Assembly: GCA_046758525.1 (NCBI GenBank)
Contig: JBHIAL010000001.1
Span: forward strand, 667 to 64,666
Direction of reading: 5' to 3'
Source: a bacterium
GTDB lineage: Bacteria; Aerophobota; Aerophobia; Aerophobales; AE-B3A
DNA length: 64,000 nt
Made by a program: the position numbers and the translations under genes
Notes under the pieces: model-generated
What the model saw: only the letters and a program-made list of their open reading frames with translations
What the model was told of the DNA's origin: nothing
Databases searched by the model: none
In this document: positions 44,297 through 53,035 of the stretch, one piece after another
Layout: each line of letters begins with the position of its first letter
Numbering within the stretch: position 1 is the first letter of the stretch

Positions 44297-46441
44297 ATGG
44301 AGAAAAGTGATAAGTGGAAAGACAAGTTTTTAAACAAAATTACTCAGGGCGATTGCCTTGAATTGCTGAAAGAACTGCCTGACGAGAGCATTGACTGTGT
44401 AATCACCTCTCCGCCGTACTGGGGGCTTCGGGACTACGGAGTTAATGAGCAGTTAGGCTTAGAACCTACATTTAAAGAGTATATTAACAACATCTGCAAT
44501 ATTTTTGACGAGGTCAAGCGGGTGTTGAAAAAGACTGGTACATGCTGGGTGAATATCGCTGATACCTACTGGGGTGGAGGTAATAATCGAGGTAATAATT
44601 CTCCTATTTCAGATAAGCAAAGCAGTAATCGTGGAGCGGTAGGGCAGGTGCAAATGGACTGGGATGGCGCCTTACCCAATAAGTGTCTTGTTGGCATCCC
44701 TGAGCGCTTTGTGATTGAAATGACGGATAGAGGGTGGATACGGCGTAATACGATAATCTGGCATAAGCCGAACTGTATGCCCACCAGCGCAGGTGACAGG
44801 TTTACGGTGGACTTTGAATACCTGTACTTCTTTGCTAAAAGCACAAAGTATTGTTTTGAGCGACAGTTTGAGCCGCTTTGCTTAGATATAAAAAAGCGGG
44901 CAAAGACAAATAATAATTCCGCAAAATCTGACACACAGGATTCTTATATATCTAACGAAAACACAAGGAAATATTTCAATAAGGTTTTAAGCGGTAAAAT
45001 ACAAGGGCGCAACATGCGAACCGTTTGGACTATACCAACGCAATCTTATAGCGAAGCACACTTTGCGTGTGTAACGCCTGATACAGAGATATTAACTATC
45101 GATGGATGGAAAAAATACACGGACATTAAATGGTATGGGAAAAGCAGCCCTCAGCATATTTTGGTTGCCACCTACAATATTAAGAAAAAAACTATTGAGT
45201 ATCAACCGTTAAGTTATATTAGAGAATACGACTTTAATGGAAAACTAATTAAAATCGGGAATAGAGATTTAGATGTTTTGATGACACCGAACCACCGAAA
45301 TATCGTAAAGAAAAAAATAGGAAAAGAAGAAATTGTATTAGCCGATAAACTTGCATATCTCGATAAAATTAGAGTTCATGCTCCCATAAAATATCCAGAA
45401 ACCTCTGGTATAGGAAGAACCTTTGCAGAGTTAATTGGTTGGATTATTTCGGAAGGTCATTATAAAAAAGGTGGCTATATTGAACTTTATCAAAATGAAG
45501 GTAATAGTGCAAAACGAATAGATTACCTTTTGCGAAAATTAGAAATATCACATACAAGAAAATTAAGAAATAAAATTTATAGGGGGCAAAACAAGGGGCA
45601 AGTTACTTGGTTTCTCAAGAAATCGCCTTTGATAGAATGGTGTTTAGCAAACATAAAATATAAACAACTTAATAAATTTTTAGTATCGTTACCTTTAACA
45701 GAAGTAAGGGCATTGTTTAATGGTTTAATTGCAGGGGATGGTCATAAAAGAAAAGATGATGGAAGGTTGTCTTTTGTGCAGAATAACAAACAGACAAAGG
45801 ATTGGTTTCAAATATTGGCATTCAGACTTGGGTATCATTCTATGCAAAAAGGCAATACGATTTATTTAACAAAAAGAACACATATCGGTATTAGAAAAAC
45901 TAATGGATGTGGTAAAAACATAAAGAAGATAAACTATGATGGTAAAGTTTGGTGTCCTAAAACTAAGAACGGAACATGGGTTGCCCGCAGAAATGGCAAG
46001 ATATTTATTACTGGCAATACATTTCCTGAGCGTCTAATCGAGATACCTATAAAGGCGGGATGCCCTGAGAAGATTTGTAGGAAATGCGGGAAGGCAAGGG
46101 AAATGATAATTGCGGTTGATTATGTTCCCGTTGGTGTTAAAAGTAACAACGAAAAATATGCAGAGAATACGCCATCAGACAATACCAATCCTGGGCCAGC
46201 AGGGATGAGGCATGGCAGAGCAAGGGCAATCCGTAACACCGCAGGTTATACCGATTGTGGATGCAACGCCGGCTACAACCCTGGGGTTGTTTTGGATTTA
46301 TTCATGGGTTCGGGTACAACAGCTTTAGTTGCCCTTAAGCTTAACCGTAACTTCATAGGTTTTGAACTATCTCAAAAGTATATTGATATGGCTGACAAAC
46401 GCATCCAACAGGAACTCAGGCAGGGGAATTTTTTGAGGTGA
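44297..46441 (+). CDS. DNA methyltransferase (beta-class N6-adenine/N4-cytosine amino-MTase, SPPY motif) interrupted by an intein
   Basis: N-terminal extein: GDCLELLKELPDESIDCVITSPPYW...KRVLKKTGTCWVNI. C-terminal extein: TFPERL...LDLFMGSGTTALVALKLNRNFIGFELS. The junction HFA|TFPERL is the conserved HxAxFPxxL motif split by the insert. Confidence 0.8.
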   Translation: MEKSDKWKDKFLNKITQGDCLELLKELPDESIDCVITSPPYWGLRDYGVNEQLGLEPTFKEYINNICNIFDEVKRVLKKTGTCWVNIADTYWGGGNNRGNNSPISDKQSSNRGAVGQVQMDWDGALPNKCLVGIPERFVIEMTDRGWIRRNTIIWHKPNCMPTSAGDRFTVDFEYLYFFAKSTKYCFERQFEPLCLDIKKRAKTNNNSAKSDTQDSYISNENTRKYFNKVLSGKIQGRNMRTVWTIPTQSYSEAHFACVTPDTEILTIDGWKKYTDIKWYGKSSPQHILVATYNIKKKTIEYQPLSYIREYDFNGKLIKIGNRDLDVLMTPNHRNIVKKKIGKEEIVLADKLAYLDKIRVHAPIKYPETSGIGRTFAELIGWIISEGHYKKGGYIELYQNEGNSAKRIDYLLRKLEISHTRKLRNKIYRGQNKGQVTWFLKKSPLIEWCLANIKYKQLNKFLVSLPLTEVRALFNGLIAGDGHKRKDDGRLSFVQNNKQTKDWFQILAFRLGYHSMQKGNTIYLTKRTHIGIRKTNGCGKNIKKINYDGKVWCPKTKNGTWVARRNGKIFITGNTFPERLIEIPIKAGCPEKICRKCGKAREMIIAVDYVPVGVKSNNEKYAENTPSDNTNPGPAGMRHGRARAIRNTAGYTDCGCNAGYNPGVVLDLFMGSGTTALVALKLNRNFIGFELSQKYIDMADKRIQQELRQGNFLR
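45068..46018 (+). mobile_element. intein (317 aa) with LAGLIDADG-type homing endonuclease domain
   Basis: Starts CVTPDTEILTIDG (Hint block A). Block B is LMTPNHR. Two LAGLIDADG-like motifs (ELIGWIISEGH and LFNGLIAGDGH). Ends ...FITGN followed by Thr+1 (TFPE). Confidence 0.7.
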
Positions 46442-46447
46442 GGGGAA

Positions 46448-46663
46448 ATGATAGAATATGCATCTGGTGAGGGAGATTGCTTGTTTTTTAAAATGGACGG
46501 AGTTCGTTTCAGAATCAGGAAAGTAACAATTGTACTCAATAAAACACTTCGTGCAGTTATGCGGTGTGAAAGGGAACTGAATATTGGACACTGGTTGATT
46601 ATCCATGATGAATTGATACTTACAAAAAAGGAAGAGGAAGCCCTACCCAACAAGATTTTTTAA
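46448..46663 (+). CDS. hypothetical protein
   Basis: 71 aa. Confidence 0.3.
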   Translation: MIEYASGEGDCLFFKMDGVRFRIRKVTIVLNKTLRAVMRCERELNIGHWLIIHDELILTKKEEEALPNKIF

Positions 46664-46917
46664 GCACTCTTACCTTTCGTGAGCTTTCTGGATTAAATGT
46701 TAAAGAATTAAACTTGGGATGACAAATAAAATGATGAAAGAGTGCTAAAAATGATAAAAATCAGGCATCTGCCAGATAGGATTGCAAATGCAAAGGAAGT
46801 TGTTGCAAAGTTGGTAGAAGAGAGGAAGTCATTGATAGAGGAGGAAAGGAAGTCGTTGGGTGATGTCATGAAAAATTTGTGGAGATAGTATAGTACAATC
46901 AGAGGAGGGATAAATAA

Positions 46918-47094
46918 ATGTTTTTTATTGGAGATTTAAGAAGATTCTTGTTTGTGCCGTGGTCAAGTCGTTGGAATGCGTGGGTAAGAGATATAACAGC
47001 TAAATATGAGGGGACATGCCAGAATGATGAAAAGGCTTCTTTTAAATTTTTAGGATTTTTATATCTTCCAAACCATCATTCACATATACTATGA
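46918..47094 (+). CDS. 58-aa small ORF; its C-terminal half derives from a duplicated copy of the 4109 lipoprotein signal-peptide region
   Basis: SD GAGGAGGG 9 nt upstream. ...TCQNDEKASFKFLGFLYLP matches the lipoprotein N-terminus MRFQNDEKALFKFLGFIALV at both nucleotide and protein level. Confidence 0.25.
   Translation: MFFIGDLRRFLFVPWSSRWNAWVRDITAKYEGTCQNDEKASFKFLGFLYLPNHHSHIL
47007..47063 (+). pseudogene. degenerate duplicate of the RBS, start codon and signal-peptide region of the lipoprotein gene at 4098..4158
   Basis: About 88% nucleotide identity over ~45 nt (ccagaatgatgaaaaggct...aaattttt.gg.tttt) plus a GAGGG..ATG upstream. It lies in the convergent gap between the plus block and the RNR 3' end. 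Confidence 0.35.
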
Positions 47095-49076
47095 CTACAT
47101 TTTAAACAAATCTTACACCCCTCACTCCTAATTATAGTACCTCCACAATTTTCCCTATTACATTTCTCGCCATCACGGACAAGATATGCCTCAAGTCTGT
47201 TAGCTATTATGTGGGATAAAGAATTAATATGTCTATTCTTGACCTTTCGAGCTTGGTAGATTATCTCCTCAACAGGAAGACCCCATTGAAGGCTCTTACT
47301 CAATAATCGAGCAAGGAAGTCCTCTGTATCAGACACATCAACAACCTCTCCTGTACTCAACCATACTTCTAAGGGTAATAGCGTCTCTGGAGAATGATAT
47401 GTTGCTACATATATAGTCTTGTCTCTAAGTTTGTGCTTTCTTCGGAATCCAGGTAGTATGTCAGGAGAAGGTAATTTTGATTTGGACGACAATACCTCAA
47501 CCTCTCTTGAACCCTTCACATATACGGTAACACCTTTCAAATAAGGTATATTCTCAAGCAGCAGTTTACTTAATTTATCGTGTAGATTCTTATCAGGCAT
47601 ACAATTTATTGTTTTAGAAATACTACCATCTAAATATTTTTGGATTGTTCTTTGGACGGCTATATGCTCTTTTGGTGTTATCTCATTTGTAGTGGCAAAT
47701 AACTCTTTAGGATATTTACCTGTCTCATATAGAGAGTCTTTAATTTCATGCTCCCCCAAAGAATCCTTCCTGATGTAGGAAAGCTCAAATATAGGTTCCA
47801 CACCTGACGATGTGTTGGCCAATTGAGATAGAGTACCTGTGGGAGCACAAGTATTCACAGCACAATTAGCCATCCCTTTTTTTCTAATCAATCGTAGTAT
47901 ATCTTTTGGGAAATCCTCAAAGAATGGATTATTTAGATACTTTTTGGAGTTAAAGCCCTTAAACTTACCAAATACTTTTGTTAGATTTGCGCTTGCCTCA
48001 TAACTAAAATTTCTAAAAGCCTCAAATAATTTAGCAGCCACTTCTAAAGATTCCGAGGAACCATACTTAACATTATTTTTTATTAAAAAATGAGCTAACC
48101 CAAATACCCCAACTCCTACACGCCTAAAATCAAATGCTACTTTTTTATTCTCTGGTATAATGTAATTATTTTTTTCAAGCATATAGTTGGCTATCTCCAC
48201 TGATACATACACATACCTCTTTAATTCATCGTAAAAATAACTGCTCCTAATATTAGGAAGAGTAGATAGATTTATAGAAAATAAACAACACCCTGAATAA
48301 TCTTGTAAACCCAACTCAAAACATGGGTTACAACAATTTATTTCTCCGCCTTTTAAATAGCGCACTGTATTATATTTTGCATAAGTTCCTAAGTTTAAAA
48401 GTCCAGGTTCGCCGTCCTTAATCATACCATCAATAACAGCATTCCATAATTTACTCTCTCTTTCCACTCCACTCTTTACATTATTAATAAAACAATCATC
48501 TATACCAAGACTTATATTAAAGGAATTCCATTTGGAATGGTCTCTTTTTACTTTTATGAATTCATAAGCATCGGGATGGCGAAAATCTAAAACAGCAGCC
48601 GTTGCTCCCTTCCTTTCCCCAATCCCAGTTATTACATCGGCGGATTTATGAAAAATGTCCATAAAACCAATAGGCCCGCAACTTCTTTCTTTTGGTTTTG
48701 CTACCTTCCCCTTCCTATAGATAGGGGCTCCTTTTGCTCGGAGATTGCTAAAATTAATTCCCACTCCCCCACCTAATGTCTCTATCTTTATAAAGTCTGT
48801 AAGTGTTTTGCTTATAGACTCAATATTATCTTCTATGGGTAATACAAAACAATTAAGAATTTGATTTGTTGTCCCTGCATTGCTCAAGGCCCTGCCCCCA
48901 GGCAGCCCATTTAAACTATATATAAACTCAAAGAATTGCTTCTGCTTACTTTTATCATTTGTAAGCAACTTGCAAAACCGATTAACACACTGTTCCCATG
49001 TTTCCTTTGTTTCCTCATCATTTGATGCGTACTTTTGGTGAAATATCCGCTCTGCCCTTGGTGATAATATTGTCAT
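47076..49076 (-). CDS. ribonucleotide reductase, probably class II (adenosylcobalamin-dependent, NrdJ-like)
   Basis: 666 aa. The catalytic-barrel region has NCFVL and GGGVG. C-terminal Zn ribbon CNRENCGG...CKICLKC. No NrdB or ATP-cone is visible nearby. Confidence 0.6.
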   Translation of the reverse strand: MTILSPRAERIFHQKYASNDEETKETWEQCVNRFCKLLTNDKSKQKQFFEFIYSLNGLPGGRALSNAGTTNQILNCFVLPIEDNIESISKTLTDFIKIETLGGGVGINFSNLRAKGAPIYRKGKVAKPKERSCGPIGFMDIFHKSADVITGIGERKGATAAVLDFRHPDAYEFIKVKRDHSKWNSFNISLGIDDCFINNVKSGVERESKLWNAVIDGMIKDGEPGLLNLGTYAKYNTVRYLKGGEINCCNPCFELGLQDYSGCCLFSINLSTLPNIRSSYFYDELKRYVYVSVEIANYMLEKNNYIIPENKKVAFDFRRVGVGVFGLAHFLIKNNVKYGSSESLEVAAKLFEAFRNFSYEASANLTKVFGKFKGFNSKKYLNNPFFEDFPKDILRLIRKKGMANCAVNTCAPTGTLSQLANTSSGVEPIFELSYIRKDSLGEHEIKDSLYETGKYPKELFATTNEITPKEHIAVQRTIQKYLDGSISKTINCMPDKNLHDKLSKLLLENIPYLKGVTVYVKGSREVEVLSSKSKLPSPDILPGFRRKHKLRDKTIYVATYHSPETLLPLEVWLSTGEVVDVSDTEDFLARLLSKSLQWGLPVEEIIYQARKVKNRHINSLSHIIANRLEAYLVRDGEKCNRENCGGTIIRSEGCKICLKCSHSICE

Positions 49077-49112
49077 TTAACCACGCTCTCCCATTTAATA
49101 TCGTGAAAAATC

Positions 49113-49190
49113 TGGTCAGGGAGGGAGGATTTGAACCTCCGACCTCCTGCTTCCAAGGCAGGCACGCTAACCAGACTGCGCTACTCCCTG
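49113..49190 (-). tRNA. tRNA-Pro (anticodon TGG) with encoded CCA
   Basis: Reverse complement reads CAGGGAG-TA-GCGC-AGTCTGGTTA-GCGT-G-CCTGC-CTTGGAA-GCAGG-AGGTC-GGAGG-TTCAAAT-CCTCC-CTCCCTG-A-CCA. This is a full cloverleaf with a 7-bp acceptor stem, a T-loop TTCAAAT and a UGG anticodon. Confidence 0.8.
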
Positions 49191-49213
49191 ATAAGAGATA
49201 ATGTACCATTTAA

Positions 49214-49663
49214 TTAATCGGGTAAATCATCATCATTAAGCATACAGTAATCAATTGTTTCTACACGCTTACTTCTCCAAGCCCTCTTTACAAAAGAACT
49301 TGACCTCCTTATTCCAAAACCCACACTGGAAATAGAGAAGTTTTTTACCGCATATCTACCATTAAGTTTAGCCATTAACTCCTTTTCGGTTAGTTCATTT
49401 GGACAATTAAGCACAAATAATTTAACAACAGGCGACATAAGAAAATACGTAGAGTAAAGATAGCCAATCTTTGTGCCCAACAACATTTCCATCCTTTTAG
49501 TCCTTTCTGGCATTCTTAATGCGCCTTCATACAGGACATCTTTTCTATCTTCGTAGTCATTAATTGGGCATTTCCCAATAACTCTAATATTACAAATTCC
49601 TTCATTGATTGACTGCGCAAAAATTATAATGGCATTATGCCTTGATGTGTTTATCTCAATCAC
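49214..49663 (-). CDS. hypothetical protein
   Basis: 149 aa. Lies between the primase and the tRNA. Confidence 0.35.
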   Translation of the reverse strand: MIEINTSRHNAIIIFAQSINEGICNIRVIGKCPINDYEDRKDVLYEGALRMPERTKRMEMLLGTKIGYLYSTYFLMSPVVKLFVLNCPNELTEKELMAKLNGRYAVKNFSISSVGFGIRRSSSFVKRAWRSKRVETIDYCMLNDDDLPD

Positions 49664-49675
49664 TCCATCCCCCTA

Positions 49676-52072
49676 CTAAAAAGTGGACATCTTACACAAT
49701 TTCGTAAATTCCTCTATTGTGTTGCCTTGTTTAATAAAATCCAATATATCCTCTCCATCGCCAACAGATAAATGAACAGTTTTTAATTTGACAATTCCTC
49801 CAAGATGAATCATAAAATTCTCAACATACTGTTCCCCTGCCTTGTCATTATCAGGCACTAAGATGAAGGTCGAGCCTGCTGTATTATTCTTAACCAAATC
49901 TATAAGCCGTTGGTTCCATTTGGAGTTAGCCCCAGTGTCAAGGCATGTGGCTGTTAAACCATTGTCAATAGCCCAGTTAGCCTTCCTTTCACCCTCAAAT
50001 ACATAAACATCCTCGCCTGCTTTAAGCGCTTTCACCACATTGGATTCATTGTAGAAAATAGAAAAGCCTTCTCTATTCTCAAACTTGAAACTCTTTGAGC
50101 CGTCCTCAAAATCATATCGTGTCTTTTTATACTTAATTGTACTGTCAAACGATTCATAAGTGTAATGCTCAGTTGCTTTTATCTTCTTTAGGGCTTTTGG
50201 TTTATGCTTTCTGCCTTCAAATTCAAGTTGGGCAAGGGGCGAATATGAAAATTCAGGCTTCCATTCTTTCCATAAACCTAACTTGATAAAGTCAACCATG
50301 CCCCTGTAAGTCTTGAACTGTTCTTCCTGATTAGATTCTTCATAAATCTTTTTCAGGAACTCATAAACGTGTCCCCCAGAATTATTACACCCCCCAAAAC
50401 AAAACCATTTACCTGTCTTTAAATTGACACTCATGCTTGGGTCTGTATCTGAATGAAAAGGACACAAAGCCTTGACATCCCCATTTGAAAGCTCCCTGTC
50501 TTCCAGTTTGAGATAATGGGAGTAGAAATCCTTGTAATCCAAATCTGCCAACTGATGACCACACGATTTGTCCTCCCTGCCTGTGAGTTTATCCCCATTT
50601 CCACTTCCCTGTCCGCTATCCTTCAAATTGGTTTTGTATGGAACTGAACCTGCCAATTTGGTGATTTCCTCAATATTTGGTGTTCTTTGACCACAGGATG
50701 CCCCAATTTGAGGCGCAGAGACACCAAAAAAGGACTTGGATGGAGAATGGGCAGCCTGACCACAGTCAGCCCTTTTGATTGCCTCTATACACCCTTCCTG
50801 CGAATTTTCATGGATTTTTACAATATTACAAAAATCTCCTTTCAGATTCCCATTTATCTTACTCCCAAATCCACGTTTATCATTTTCAACCCTATTTTTT
50901 TTCAAAATCTGAGCCAACTCCAAAGAGTCCCCCAAAAAAGAATCCCCAGAACCACGATTAGCATCCGAATCAGAAACATCTCTACCCAAAGAATATTCAG
51001 AACCAACATTTAAATTTTCCCTTACATCAACCTGATTCAAAGAATTATCAACCAAAACGTCAACAGAATCTCTAACCTGATTCTCATCTCTACCCAAAAA
51101 ATCCCTATCTATATTTTCACATTCTCCCAAAAAACCCCCAACCAGATTATCATTTCCTTTTGGTTCTATGCTCCCGCTTATTCCTTCTTTAAAAAACTTA
51201 TTCCTAAAAGGAATATTACTCTGTCTATATATATAGGGGGTATTACTTACAGAAGGGGTCAGTTTTTCCTCATTTTGTTTGTAGATTGGTTCATTTTTTC
51301 CTTTTTCAGTTTTTTCATCTAACCCTTTTATTTCCAATAACTTACTTTGTTTTTCCGATTTATGTTTTATTTTCTGTTTTTTTACAAAATTTCTCATTTT
51401 TCCCTTGAATTCAGATATGGCTTTTTCCGCATCTTTTGGATGCTTTTCTCTGGACTTGGTTAGCAGTTTCCTTATAGATGGTTTCAGAGCTTTCAGTAGT
51501 CTTTCTTTAAGGTCTTCTGAGAATTCATCTTCATATCTTGTAAAGAGAATGCCCAATCTTGTTTGAGTTTTTAGATAATAAAAAACCCATTTTTTATCTT
51601 TGGGCATCCTTTTATAAAACCAGTAATTTCTGTCAATCAGGTATGTCAGCATGGCGCCCAAATCGTCATTCATAAAATCATTCCACCTGTCTATGTGATA
51701 TATCACAGACCTATGGGGAAATCTGGCATTTACACATTTTTGCACATATTGTCTAATTTGGCAGTCTGTTACTCCCCAGTCAGAGAATTTATGTCTGAGT
51801 TCCTTTTTTGGTTTCTTACAGATTCCACTCTTGTTTTTGATGTGTGTCAGAATCCTATATACCCCCTCGCTTAAATCTCGGAGTATCTCTTGTTTATCTT
51901 CTTTGTATTTGTTACCATAAAATGTCCTCTTTTGCTTGTGCCTTTCCCGTTCCAAGTAATATATCCTTTCAGGATTTTGTTTATCTTGTTCTATTATATT
52001 CTCATTGTATGCTGTGATTCTGGATTTTTTGGCTGCATTTGTCCCTTTGCGTTTTTCACTTGCTCGATTCAT
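49676..52072 (-). CDS. DNA primase (DnaG-like CHC2 zinc finger plus TOPRIM) with long N-terminal domain and low-complexity linker
   Basis: CPFHSDTDPSMSVNLKTGKWFCFGGCNNSGGHVYEF is a CHC2 zinc finger. The TOPRIM segment is YVFEGERKANWAID...ILVPDNDKAGEQY. The N-terminal 450 aa are unassigned and include a repetitive FLG(R/D)D... linker. Confidence 0.6.
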   Translation of the reverse strand: MNRASEKRKGTNAAKKSRITAYNENIIEQDKQNPERIYYLERERHKQKRTFYGNKYKEDKQEILRDLSEGVYRILTHIKNKSGICKKPKKELRHKFSDWGVTDCQIRQYVQKCVNARFPHRSVIYHIDRWNDFMNDDLGAMLTYLIDRNYWFYKRMPKDKKWVFYYLKTQTRLGILFTRYEDEFSEDLKERLLKALKPSIRKLLTKSREKHPKDAEKAISEFKGKMRNFVKKQKIKHKSEKQSKLLEIKGLDEKTEKGKNEPIYKQNEEKLTPSVSNTPYIYRQSNIPFRNKFFKEGISGSIEPKGNDNLVGGFLGECENIDRDFLGRDENQVRDSVDVLVDNSLNQVDVRENLNVGSEYSLGRDVSDSDANRGSGDSFLGDSLELAQILKKNRVENDKRGFGSKINGNLKGDFCNIVKIHENSQEGCIEAIKRADCGQAAHSPSKSFFGVSAPQIGASCGQRTPNIEEITKLAGSVPYKTNLKDSGQGSGNGDKLTGREDKSCGHQLADLDYKDFYSHYLKLEDRELSNGDVKALCPFHSDTDPSMSVNLKTGKWFCFGGCNNSGGHVYEFLKKIYEESNQEEQFKTYRGMVDFIKLGLWKEWKPEFSYSPLAQLEFEGRKHKPKALKKIKATEHYTYESFDSTIKYKKTRYDFEDGSKSFKFENREGFSIFYNESNVVKALKAGEDVYVFEGERKANWAIDNGLTATCLDTGANSKWNQRLIDLVKNNTAGSTFILVPDNDKAGEQYVENFMIHLGGIVKLKTVHLSVGDGEDILDFIKQGNTIEEFTKLCKMSTF

Positions 52073-52538
52073 CCTTCTCCATCCTTTCCTTCATTAATGC
52101 CTTGTTGTAGCTGTCTCTTTCTTTCTTCCTTTCCTCTTTGTATTTTTCACGGAGGATTTGCTCTATGCGTCTGTACTCTTCTTTTTTTGGTTTTTCTACG
52201 TTTATTTTAGACCACTTACCCCCATAATGGTCGAACCACTTGTCCCATCCCTCTTTGAACTCGTCAAATATAGTATTGATTTTATCGTATAGTTCATGGT
52301 AATTAACATCTGCAAATTCGACAATAATACCCATCTCGTCAGTTAGTGTTACGGTTTCTACCTTTATCACACTTGCTGGGTCGCTCTGTCCTATTGAGGA
52401 TTCAGAGAGGGTTATACAACTGTTGACAGGCGGAATGAACGATAGCTCGGCAGAACAGTCCCACGAACAGGTTATTTTCTCGCTATCTTCATTATCTTCA
52501 TTTACAAAATTAATATTCCCGTAAAAGACCATTTCCAT
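52056..52538 (-). CDS. hypothetical acidic protein
   Basis: 160 aa, with a Lys/Glu-rich C-terminus. Confidence 0.35.
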   Translation of the reverse strand: MEMVFYGNINFVNEDNEDSEKITCSWDCSAELSFIPPVNSCITLSESSIGQSDPASVIKVETVTLTDEMGIIVEFADVNYHELYDKINTIFDEFKEGWDKWFDHYGGKWSKINVEKPKKEEYRRIEQILREKYKEERKKERDSYNKALMKERMEKDESSK

Positions 52539-52561
52539 AATTTTTTCCTCTCTGTAAATAG

Positions 52562-52660
52562 AAAAGGCAACATGTTAATAGACCCTCAAAAATCTCGGAA
52601 AGAAAAAGGGTCTATTAACTGTTGCCTTTTCTAAACAACCTAAGTTCGATGCTTAGGTTG
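52562..52660. promoter_or_regulatory. pair of palindromes in a minus-strand intergenic region: a 23-bp-arm imperfect inverted repeat and a perfect 9-bp hairpin
   Basis: AAAAGGCAACATGTTAATAGACCC at 52562..52585 is mirrored at 52608..52630. CAACCTAAG-ttcgatg-CTTAGGTTG at 52636..52660 is followed by a T-rich tract. Confidence 0.3.
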
Positions 52661-52753
52661 CTCTTTACATATTCTTTTAATTCTTTTCCGAGATTTTTGA
52701 TTTCCCCAATTATAGTAATTATAGTTACATTTTAAAGAGAAGTCAAGGTTTTT

Positions 52754-53005
52754 TTAGTAAAATTCAAATTCTATTTTTTTCACTCTTCTTATTTCACCCT
52801 CCTTTAATTGTACACCTGTGGCGTTATAAAATTCTTTAATCTCACACAAGCTTTCACACTCTTTTTGGTCTATAAATTTTTTCTCTTCAGAGTCGAATAT
52901 AGGTTTTCTCTTCCACCAAATGGAGATGTAGTCTTTTTCCTCCATATCTCGTGTTATCCAAACACTCATTTTAACCTCCTTAGCATAATTTATCAAAAAA
53001 GTCAA
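52754..53005 (-). CDS. hypothetical protein
   Basis: 83 aa. Confidence 0.3.
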   Translation of the reverse strand: MTFLINYAKEVKMSVWITRDMEEKDYISIWWKRKPIFDSEEKKFIDQKECESLCEIKEFYNATGVQLKEGEIRRVKKIEFEFY

Positions 53006-53035
53006 GGTAAAGATTAATTTATTTAGTATTATATC

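Noticed and set aside
44297-46441. Restriction-modification system (cognate endonuclease for the methyltransferase)
   Set aside because: No nuclease gene is adjacent. Flanking ORFs are small Zn-finger or unknown proteins. It is interpreted as an orphan or anti-restriction MTase.
47076-49076. Class I (NrdAB) or class III (NrdDG) assignment for the RNR
   Set aside because: No NrdB-like ferritin-fold gene and no ATP-cone are present. There is no C-terminal glycyl-radical motif (RVCGY) and no activase with CxxxCxxC next to it. The C-terminal Zn ribbon and single-gene arrangement favour class II, but this is not proven.
48998-49209. Two mutually overlapping ORFs (67 aa plus strand, 63 aa minus strand) from the six-frame track
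   Set aside because: Both span a well-formed tRNA-Pro(UGG) cloverleaf with encoded CCA. They are translation artefacts of the tRNA gene.
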